Shown here piece by piece: positions 1-7,605 of a stretch of 32,000 bases of DNA; the first letter of the stretch is position 1, and every line of letters begins with the position of its first letter. This DNA comes from Xanthomonas campestris pv. campestris str. ATCC 33913 (GTDB lineage: Bacteria > Pseudomonadota > Gammaproteobacteria > Xanthomonadales > Xanthomonadaceae): positions 3,716,497-3,748,496 of the forward strand of contig NC_003902.1 of assembly GCF_000007145.1 (NCBI RefSeq). The letters are read 5' to 3'. The position numbers were made by a program, and so were the translations under genes. The notes below the pieces were generated by a model. It was not told the DNA's origin. It saw nothing but the letters and a program-made list of their open reading frames with translations, and ran no database searches.

Positions 1-837
1 GCACCGGCGCGTCGTACGCTGGTGCGCGAATGGATCGGGCGTGGTGCCAGCGAGCGTCGTGCGTTGGCAGTGATCGGCATGAGCGCCAGTGCACTGCGGT
101 ATTGCCCGCGCGAAGATCGCAATGGCGAACTGCGCGAACGCATCTGTGCGTTGGCACATCGCCATCGCCGCTATGGCGTGGGAATGATCTATCTCAAATT
201 GCGGCAAGAAGGGCGCATCGTGAACTACAAGCGTGTGGAACGGTTGTATCGCGAGCAGCAGCTGCAAGTGCGCCGCCGCAAGCGCAAGAAGGTCCCAATA
301 GGCGAGCGTCAACCGCTGCTGCGGCCATCGCAGGCCAACCAGGTGTGGTCGATGGACTTTGTGTTCGACCGCACCGCGGAAGGCCGGGTGATCAAGTGTC
401 TGGTGATCGTGGACGATGCAACCCACGAAGCGGTCGCCATCGAAGTGGAGCGCGCGATCTCCGGGCACGGGGTGACGCGCGTGCTGGACCGACTGGCGCA
501 CAGTCGCGGTTTGCCGAAGGTGATCCGCACTGACAACGGCAAGGAGTTTTGCGGTAAGGCGATGGTCGCTTGGGCGCATGCCCGTAATGTGCAACTACGG
601 CTCATCCAGCCAGGCAAACCGAACCAGAACGCCTATGTTGAATCCTTCAACGGCCGACTGCGCGACGAATGCCTCAACGAGCACTGGTTCCCGACGTTAC
701 TGCACGCGCGCACCGAAATCGAACGCTGGCGACGCGAATACAACGAGGACCGACCCAAGAAAGCAATCGGCGGCATGACGCCGGCTGCGTATGCCCAACA
801 TCTGGCAAACACCGATATCATCAACCCCGGACTCTAA
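1..837 (+). CDS. IS3-family transposase OrfB (DDE / rve integrase core), 5' end off the window
   Basis: Frame 1 is open from base 1 (ORF track 22..837). Carries IS3/IS407-group signatures: WSMDFV..., [51 protein letters not shown]. Confidence 0.9.
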   Translation, partial: APARRTLVREWIGRGASERRALAVIGMSASALRYCPREDRNGELRERICALAHRHRRYGVGMIYLKLRQEGRIVNYKRVERLYREQQLQVRRRKRKKVPIGERQPLLRPSQANQVWSMDFVFDRTAEGRVIKCLVIVDDATHEAVAIEVERAISGHGVTRVLDRLAHSRGLPKVIRTDNGKEFCGKAMVAWAHARNVQLRLIQPGKPNQNAYVESFNGRLRDECLNEHWFPTLLHARTEIERWRREYNEDRPKKAIGGMTPAAYAQHLANTDIINPGL

Positions 838-871
838 ACCAGGCCGCTACTCAGGGCGGGGGGGCGTCGCA
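1..871 (+). mobile_element. IS3-family insertion sequence (copy 1), right-hand part; right end somewhere in 853-871
   Basis: Transposase stop codon at 835-837, followed by a short terminal segment (...ctactcagggcggggggcgtcgCA). This resembles the G-rich ...GGGGGCAGGTCA terminus of the neighbouring IS remnant. The exact last base is ambiguous. Confidence 0.7.
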
Positions 872-1200
872 CGGACAACGGCCCGGAGTTCACCAGCCGC
901 GCCTTCATCACTTGGGCACAGCAGCGTGGCATCGAACACATCCTGATCGAACCCGGCAAACCCATGCAGAACGGCTACATCGAGAGCTTCAACGGCAAGT
1001 TCCGCGACGAATGTCTCAACGAACACTGGTTCACGTCGCTGATCCAGGCTCGCGAGGTCATCGCCGATTGGCGGCGTGACTTCAACGAGGTACGTCCGCA
1101 CAGCAGCTGTGGTCGCATCCCGCCAGCGCAGTTTGCCTCCAACCACCGAGCACAAACCGGCAACAACGCAGTACCCTTCAACCCCGGGCTTTATCAGTAA
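865..1200 (+). pseudogene. 5'-truncated IS3-family transposase (C-terminal ~110 aa only)
   Basis: Frame 1 reads (R)[54 protein letters not shown]...[16 protein letters not shown]. That is only the second half of a DDE core. The upstream part is replaced by IS copy 1. Confidence 0.85.
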
Positions 1201-1229
1201 TCACTGGTATGGCCGGTGGGGGCAGGTCA
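872..1229 (+). mobile_element. Remnant (right end) of a second IS3/IS407-group element, interrupted by IS copy 1
   Basis: The reverse complement of 1211-1229 is TGACCTGCCCCCACCGGCC, a TG...-type terminal inverted repeat typical of this IS group. High-GC IS DNA ends at 1229 and low-GC DNA starts at 1230. Confidence 0.7.
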
Positions 1230-1393
1230 CCATCAATATTTGAGCGTTTGGGCAAGCCGACTGTTTTCAACAGAATCAGCCAAAGTAGTCATTCAAAGCT
1301 ATCAACGAATTTATAGCCAATGCACGTTTTAAACCCTTTCGAAAACCTGGATGTATTCTTTTAGTAGCGGGGCATTGAAATAGCCGTGATGGA

Positions 1394-1430
1394 GGTGTAA
1401 GGTGTAGCCTTACACATTACACATTACACA
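1394..1430. promoter_or_regulatory. Convergent heptamer repeat array (GGTGTAA GGTGTAG cc TTACACA TTACACA TTACACA), candidate operator
   Basis: Three perfect tandem TTACACA copies at 1410-1430 face two inverted copies at 1394-1407. The array includes the palindrome GTGTAAGG-N5-CCTTACAC. It ends 16 bp upstream of the ATG at 1446 of the HTH-protein reading frame. Confidence 0.5.
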
Positions 1431-1480
1431 GGGTGGGCCCATAGAATGGAAAAGGAAATTAATACCTTGCACCCAGGATA

Positions 1481-4400
1481 TTGGGTCCGAGAAAACATCC
1501 TCAACCCCGAAATCTCACTGTGACCGAAGCGGCAAAGCTTATCGGCATAAGCCGTCCCGGGGTCTCAAATTTTCTCAACGCAAAGGTGTCAGCGACGCCT
1601 GATATGGCGGCGCGGCTGGAGCGAGTGTTTGGTGTACCAGCGAAAGATATTCTCAACCTCCAAAGCCTTTTTGAATCACAAGTTGCCAAGACCGAAGTTG
1701 CCTCTGTAAGTGTGCGTGCCTACGTAACGCCGTTTCTTGGCATTTCAGGCAATGAAATCACTGATTGGTTTACAAAGACAATCTTGGCCCGCACCCGGTT
1801 ATCGGTTCTCCTTCGTACGCTCATCAATTCGACGGGAGAGAATCTGGAGAGAGTTGACTTCCCCGGAAACGACGATGCGGAGCGACCTGGTTGGGATGGC
1901 TTCATTGAAGGTACCTTAGGCACGCCATGGATTCCTGCAGGTGTATCGGGCTGGGAGTTTGGAGTCAATGCTGACATCAAAGCTAAAGCTGACGGCGATT
2001 TTGCGAAAAGTGTGAAAGCGACTAGTAAGGCTGATCGTCAAAATATCACGTTTGTGTTCGTTACTCCTCGACGATGGCCTGGAAAGACTACGTGGCTTAG
2101 CACCATGCAAGCAAAGGGGCTTTGGAAGGACGTTCGCGCTTACGACGTTAGTGACTTGGAGCAATGGATGGAGACATCAATTGCAGCGCAGACATGGTTT
2201 GCTAATCAAACTGAGCGGCCATCGAGGGGCGTTCGAACTCTAGAAAAATGCTGGACTGATTGGGCGAATGTTGCAGAACCACCCCTTCATCCGTCGCTCT
2301 TCAGCACCGCGAACGAAGTCTGGCGCAGCCGTATAAAATTGTTCTTGTCGAAGTGTGATTCAGAGCCGCTCATTATAACGGCCGACTCAGTAGAAGAAGC
2401 CGTTGCGTTCTTGAGCCAGGTATTCAACGAGCCGGAGCTTGGCCATCATAAAGACCGCGTGCTTGTATTCGACGAGTGCGGTGTGCTACCAAAACTCGCC
2501 CAGAGTACAACCAATTTCATTGCCGTTGCTCATACGAGAGATGTCGAGCGGGAGTTTGGGTCCTATAGCAGGTCGTTGCGTACAATCGTGGTCTATCCGC
2601 GCAACGCCTCTAATGCTAATCCAGACATCATCTTAGAACCACTCGGTTATGAGGTTTTCGGCAAAGCACTTGAGGCGATGGATAAGGGGCGCGACGAAAT
2701 AACTAGGCTTGCCAATGCCTCAGGGCGCTCTCTCACTGTACTGCGGCGTATACTTTCGACAATCCCAGCAATCAAAACTCCCGTGTGGGCGGCCAATCAT
2801 CAAGCTGCTTCCAGCCTTGTCCCGCTCGCACTTTTAGGAACTTGGGATACGCGTAACAATGCGGACCAGGCAACTCTTTCGCTGCTTGCGGGTGGCCTTT
2901 CCTTTGATGCGCTAGAAAGACGAGTGCAGGAACTGCTACAGTTTAACGATTCACCCGTGTGGTCCCTGGGCAACTATCGCGGAGTGATTTCCAAGATTGA
3001 CTCTTTATTTGCGATTGCTGGGGCTGTCACCCTAGGTGACCTCAACCACTTTTTCGACATCGCAAAGAGCGTTTTGGGCGAGGACGACCCCGCTCTTGAT
3101 CTTCCAGAGAAAGAGCGTTGGGCGGCGACCATTCATGGTAAGAAGCGCGAGTTCTCCTCAGCTCTCCGCGAAGGCATTTCTGAAACATTAGTTTTGCTCG
3201 CAGTTCATGGGAAGCATCTTTTTGGGAAACGTCTTGGTTTTGATGGCGAACTCGCTGCTGGCCGCCTGGTAGGGGAACTTCTAGAGCCGCTTGAAACACG
3301 GAAGCTGGAAGCGAACGATCGCGATCTTCCTCTATATGCGGAAGCTGCCCCAAAGGAGTTCTTGAGCATTATTGAGCGTGACCTCAGATCAGAGAGTCCT
3401 TGCACACTGGGATTACTGCGCCCTGTCGCCGCAGGCGTCTTTGCCTCACCTAAACGAACAGGTCTTCTCTGGGCGCTTGAAGGGCTGGCTTGGAATCCCT
3501 CAACTTTTCCTCGCGTTGTCAAAATTCTGGGGCGACTCTCCGAAGTCAAGATTGACGACAACTGGGCTAATAAGCCCGTTAACTCACTGGAGTCGATCTT
3601 CAGAGCATGGATGCCGCAGACGGCAGCTGATCATGACTCGCGGTTGAAGGCCATGCGGATGCTAATGGAGAAGCATCCACCAATAGGCTGGGAGATCTGC
3701 CTCCAGCAGTTCGGCGACTTTGGGCGCGGCATCGGCCATTACACCCAAAAGCCTAAATGGAGGCCAGATGGATACGGCTTTGGCGAGCCCCTCTCCACGT
3801 GGGGACCTATCAACAACTTTGTTCGCGAAATGGTAGAGATGGCGCTGACGATGCCGTTCTACACAGTCAATATGATTTGCGATCTTATCGCGCGGCTCCA
3901 TGCGCTGTCTGTCAAAGATCAAGAAAAAGTCTGGAAGATCATCGACGAATGGCGGAAGGCTGGAGCAAGTGACGCCGACATCTCCCGTGTGCGTGAAAAA
4001 ATCCGTGTGACCGTACTGTCACGACGCGGCCGGAAAGCTGCTAACGAGTGCGAACAAGCCACCCTTTCGAAAATCGCAAGGGCAGTTTACGCGTCGATGG
4101 AGCCGACCGACGCCGTTAATAAGCACGAATGGTTGTTCCGGCAGGGCTGGGTCGAAGAGTCTGCAGATGAACTCTCGGGTGAAGAGCTTGATTTTCAGGC
4201 TCGCGAACGCCGGATTGAAAAACTCCGATTCGAAGCCTTGACCGAGATCGCCGCCAACAATGGTTTAAATGGAATTTTTAATCTTGCCATGAAGGGCAAC
4301 TCTCACCGGCAAATCGGCTGGTATCTGGCGCGTGGAATCTTGAACACTCAGCAACTCGAAGAGTTGATACTGCAGTGCCTTAGCAAAGGCAACGAGAATA

Positions 4401-5545
4401 TCATTCATAACAGCATCGCAAGTGGTGTTTTGGGGGCGCTTGATCAAGAGCAGCACAACGCGCTCTTTATGAGCTTGCGCAACCAAATGTCTGAGCAGGA
4501 TGCTCTTCGCATGCTTCTTCTCTCACCCTATTGTAGAGCGACGTGGGCACTCGCAGGGCAGCTTTCAGCTGAGGCCAATCGTAGCTATTGGCGCGATGTC
4601 TCCCCAGAGTTCATATTTGATGCGCCAGACCAGAATAACGAGAGTATCGGACATCTGCTTAGCGTGGGAAGACCGCGTGCCGCCTTCTCCTCGGTGCACT
4701 TCAAGCTTGATGAGGTGCGTCCCGAACTTCTGGTTCGGATGCTTTCCGAAATACCAAAAGACAGTAATGATAAGGAAGGTGAATACCAGTTTCAAAGCTA
4801 CGAAATCCAGCAAGCTTTCAAGCTCTTAAACCGGAATCCTGATGTGCTTTTCGAGGAGAAGGCAGGGTTGGAGTTTATGTTTATTGATGTCTTAGCTCGT
4901 TCGCACCGTGGTGGTGATGGGCACCAAATTCCGAACCTCGAACGCTACGTCGAGGATCATCCCGAAATGTTCGTGCAGGCAATAGTTTGGACGTACAAGC
5001 GCAAGACACCCGGGGATGATCCTGCAGAGTTCAGTACGGGAGAAGCTAGGGAGCGGTTGGCTATACAGGGCCATCGCTTGTTAGATGCTCTAGAGCGCAT
5101 TCCCGGACAGGATGAGGTCACAGAAGAGCTGGCCCGTCAGAAGCTGACCGAGTGGATAGCTATCGTTCGAAGGCGTTGTTCCGAACTCGACCGCGCAGAG
5201 ATAGCCGACGTTTGCCTTGGCAAGTTTCTGGCATGCGCTCCTGTGGGGAAGGATGGAGTGTGGCCTAATGAGGTTGTTCGCGATGTTATGGAGGATCTGG
5301 AATCCGAAGAAATATCCCGTGGCTCTCATACTGGACTCTACAACTCCCGTGGTGCGCATTGGCGAGGCGAAGGAGGAAGTCAGGAGAGGGAGCTCGCAGC
5401 TAAGTATCGCAGATGGGCAGAGGCCCTGAACTTTTCCCACCCGTTCGTTTCTTCGTCTCTTCTTACATCCATGGTTGAGACCTACGAGTATGAGGCGGAG
5501 CGGCAGGATGCGGAGGCAGGTATTCGGCGACGCCTTCGGCACTGA
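1481..5545 (+). CDS. Giant (1354 aa) protein: N-terminal HigA/XRE-type HTH fused to ~1270 aa of unassigned, largely helical sequence
   Basis: A single uninterrupted ORF. The N-terminus TVTEAAKLIGISRPGVSNFLNAKVSATPDMAARLERVFGVPAKDILNLQ parallels the HigA antitoxin HTH (compare ...LLTGKAALTPEMAIKLS...WLNLQ). No canonical Walker A or other catalytic signature was recognised. The probable true start is the ATG at 1446 in another frame (see findings). Confidence 0.8.
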   Translation: MGPRKHPQPRNLTVTEAAKLIGISRPGVSNFLNAKVSATPDMAARLERVFGVPAKDILNLQSLFESQVAKTEVASVSVRAYVTPFLGISGNEITDWFTKTILARTRLSVLLRTLINSTGENLERVDFPGNDDAERPGWDGFIEGTLGTPWIPAGVSGWEFGVNADIKAKADGDFAKSVKATSKADRQNITFVFVTPRRWPGKTTWLSTMQAKGLWKDVRAYDVSDLEQWMETSIAAQTWFANQTERPSRGVRTLEKCWTDWANVAEPPLHPSLFSTANEVWRSRIKLFLSKCDSEPLIITADSVEEAVAFLSQVFNEPELGHHKDRVLVFDECGVLPKLAQSTTNFIAVAHTRDVEREFGSYSRSLRTIVVYPRNASNANPDIILEPLGYEVFGKALEAMDKGRDEITRLANASGRSLTVLRRILSTIPAIKTPVWAANHQAASSLVPLALLGTWDTRNNADQATLSLLAGGLSFDALERRVQELLQFNDSPVWSLGNYRGVISKIDSLFAIAGAVTLGDLNHFFDIAKSVLGEDDPALDLPEKERWAATIHGKKREFSSALREGISETLVLLAVHGKHLFGKRLGFDGELAAGRLVGELLEPLETRKLEANDRDLPLYAEAAPKEFLSIIERDLRSESPCTLGLLRPVAAGVFASPKRTGLLWALEGLAWNPSTFPRVVKILGRLSEVKIDDNWANKPVNSLESIFRAWMPQTAADHDSRLKAMRMLMEKHPPIGWEICLQQFGDFGRGIGHYTQKPKWRPDGYGFGEPLSTWGPINNFVREMVEMALTMPFYTVNMICDLIARLHALSVKDQEKVWKIIDEWRKAGASDADISRVREKIRVTVLSRRGRKAANECEQATLSKIARAVYASMEPTDAVNKHEWLFRQGWVEESADELSGEELDFQARERRIEKLRFEALTEIAANNGLNGIFNLAMKGNSHRQIGWYLARGILNTQQLEELILQCLSKGNENIIHNSIASGVLGALDQEQHNALFMSLRNQMSEQDALRMLLLSPYCRATWALAGQLSAEANRSYWRDVSPEFIFDAPDQNNESIGHLLSVGRPRAAFSSVHFKLDEVRPELLVRMLSEIPKDSNDKEGEYQFQSYEIQQAFKLLNRNPDVLFEEKAGLEFMFIDVLARSHRGGDGHQIPNLERYVEDHPEMFVQAIVWTYKRKTPGDDPAEFSTGEARERLAIQGHRLLDALERIPGQDEVTEELARQKLTEWIAIVRRRCSELDRAEIADVCLGKFLACAPVGKDGVWPNEVVRDVMEDLESEEISRGSHTGLYNSRGAHWRGEGGSQERELAAKYRRWAEALNFSHPFVSSSLLTSMVETYEYEAERQDAEAGIRRRLRH

Positions 5546-6297
5546 GTGGGCTTGAGCTGTGCGGGGTCAGTCTTCTGATGTCGGAACTAACCCCGCTATC
5601 CAGTACACTTTGAGCCATTAGCTGCTACTTATGAATGGCTAATGGTCCAAAGTAAGCGCTCGCGGTGATTGTGTAATCGGCTCTTCAACGTTACTGAGAT
5701 CTCTATAGCTTTAAACTAGCAGGTGAGCCTCAGATATGAATAGTTTGATGTTTGTTTGCAGCGCGCCACGTTAGTTGGTCAAGTTGCAATTTTTTTGATA
5801 GCGGCGTTCACTATTTTTTACACAGTCATTCCTTTATATCAGCAGAGTAACTTAGGCGGTACGATGAGCACTAATGGTTGTTTTGATAATCCATAATTTA
5901 GCTGACTCATCGCATGTGTCACAGTGACTTTTTTAACTCGGGATCTTCGAAAGAATAGCCACCTGATTTGCTGGATTCAATAGTACGGATGTGCTATGGG
6001 CAGCATGAGCCAAGCCCTCTATGTTAATCAAGCAGTTCAGCTTCCGAAGTGAGTGGGTTTAGAAGACATTGAGAAATGCGCAGTTTGCATGTCGACTTGC
6101 TTGATTGCTCAGTGCCAGCATTTCAATGGTATTTATACTAGATATCCTATCTTGAGTTGATGCGCATTTCGTCGACATATCATGAATTGCGTCAGGAAAT
6201 TCATCGCTAAGCTACGCGATTATAGGAGCCAGCAACCGAACCAGCCTTGCCCTCTGCTGTTGGCACAGATGATTGTGACTGTTAAGGAGTCTTGCGG

Positions 6298-7182
6298 ATG
6301 GAGCTGCGACATCTGCGCTGCTTTGTGGTTTTGGCCGAGGAACTGCACTTCACAAGAGCAGCTGAACGCCTCCATATCGAACAATCTCCTTTATCCAGGA
6401 CTATCAAGGAACTGGAAGACGACTTGGGCGCTTTACTGTTCAACCGTGATCGAAGAGGAACGCGGCTGACCGATGCCGGCAAAGCATTTCTTCTGGACGT
6501 ACGCCGTTTATTTACCACTTTGGATCAAGCCCGAGAAAATGTGAAGGCGGTTTCCGCGGGCTTCCGGGTAAGTATGCGGATTGCAGTATCAGACGGAGCG
6601 ATCGATTCCAGATTATCTGATCTTCTTGCACGTTGTCGCGAGGAGGAGCCTGATGTTGAAATTCGCCTCACAGAAGTCACGCTCTCTGAGCTCCTCCATG
6701 GACTAAGGTCGGGAGACTTCACCATTGGGTTCACACACACAGAAGAGGTTGGCGATGGCATTGTTGCTGAACCCATTTGGCATGCACGAATGGTTGCAGT
6801 GATACCAGCCCGTCATCCGCTACTCGCTTTCAAAGAAGTGCCTATCGAAGAACTTCTCCGCGCCCCATTGATCATGTGGAACCACCAAGCCTATGAGGGC
6901 TACGATAAGGCCTTTACCAAGCTGTTGCGAGGCTTGGATGAGAAACCAAACGTCATCGAGCGCGCAGCTTCGCTCGACGTTATGCTAGCTCTCGTTGCGG
7001 CTGGTTACGGGATTGGCCTCGCATCTGGCGCGAAGCTGGAACCGTGCAAGCATTCTGATATCGTCATCCGTCCATTGGCAAATCAATCAGCGGTGATTAC
7101 GACGTACATGCTGACAGCTGCCAATGCTGCGCCTTCAATCTCTGTGGATCGCTTCACAACACGTTTGAAAGATAGAAATTAG
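6298..7182 (+). CDS. LysR-type transcriptional regulator (full length)
   Basis: MELRHLRCFVVLAEELHFTRAAERLHIEQSPLSRTIKELEDDLGALLFNR is a classic LTTR winged HTH, followed by a substrate-binding domain (...LVAAGYGIGLAS...). AAGGAG lies 8 nt upstream of the ATG at 6298. Confidence 0.9.
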   Translation: MELRHLRCFVVLAEELHFTRAAERLHIEQSPLSRTIKELEDDLGALLFNRDRRGTRLTDAGKAFLLDVRRLFTTLDQARENVKAVSAGFRVSMRIAVSDGAIDSRLSDLLARCREEEPDVEIRLTEVTLSELLHGLRSGDFTIGFTHTEEVGDGIVAEPIWHARMVAVIPARHPLLAFKEVPIEELLRAPLIMWNHQAYEGYDKAFTKLLRGLDEKPNVIERAASLDVMLALVAAGYGIGLASGAKLEPCKHSDIVIRPLANQSAVITTYMLTAANAAPSISVDRFTTRLKDRN

Positions 7183-7209
7183 ATAATCGCTGCAATCAAA
7201 TCGAACACT

Positions 7210-7518
7210 TCACCCTTCTGAGTCAGAGTAAAGAATGCTTTCAGTAGCAGTCATCAGGTTGGCTGCACTGTCGTTTAATGCGATGGATACCCGCAAAATC
7301 AACGCTAGTGTAGGCATGTGTTGCCCCCGCTCGATCTTTCCCATGTGAGAGCGCTCAATGCCGGCGAGGGTTGCCAGCTCTTCTTGAGATATGTCGCGCG
7401 CAGTCCGTGCGGCACGTACAGCCTTCCCGAACGCAATCGCTGGCTCAGCTTCATAGGTGGTGGCGCCCATTGGGCGTCCTGGTTTCATTGTGCGCTTCTG
7501 CATCGGCAAAAGCGTCAC
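7210..7518 (-). CDS. XRE (Cro/C1)-family HTH transcriptional regulator
   Basis: ISQEELATLAGIERSHMGKIERGQHMPTLALILRVSIAL is a typical XRE HTH. The start is uncertain: GTG at 7518, or ATG at 7503 or 7488. Confidence 0.8.
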   Translation of the reverse strand: MTLLPMQKRTMKPGRPMGATTYEAEPAIAFGKAVRAARTARDISQEELATLAGIERSHMGKIERGQHMPTLALILRVSIALNDSAANLMTATESILYSDSEG

Positions 7519-7521
7519 GCA

Positions 7522-7553
7522 TTAAGCTTAACTAAACCACGTTAAACTTAACT
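7522..7553. promoter_or_regulatory. Direct repeats TTAAGCTTAACT / TTAAACTTAACT, 20 bp apart, in the divergent promoter region
   Basis: 12-bp repeats at 7522-7533 and 7542-7553 with one mismatch. They sit between the XRE gene start and the start of the LysR-effector-domain ORF. Confidence 0.35.
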
Positions 7554-7605
7554 CTTTGCATGATGTTTGGTGACTTTTCCCTTACATAGTCCGGAGGGGC
7601 AGACC

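Noticed and set aside
1394-1430. Heptamer arrays here and at 16169-16288 as CRISPR-like repeats
   Set aside because: The repeat units are 7 bp with no unique spacers of CRISPR size, and no cas genes are present. They are interpreted instead as an operator or REP-type repeats.
1230-1480. Distal att repeat of the tRNA-Gly 3' end at the left edge of the low-GC region
   Set aside because: No match to GGGAATCGAACCC or TGGAGCGGGCGA, or to their complement, was seen here or elsewhere in the window. The left boundary remains undefined.
2067-2093. Walker-A-like RRWPGKTT in the giant protein
   Set aside because: The first glycine of GxxxxGK[ST] is missing (TPRRWPGKT). The motif also sits in a beta-strand-like context of the putative N-terminal module, far from the Walker-B-like VLVFDE. 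Most likely coincidental.
5561-5596. Possible terminator after the giant ORF (GCGGGGT ... ACCCCGC)
   Set aside because: A 7-bp stem with a 22-nt loop and no U tract is too weak to annotate.
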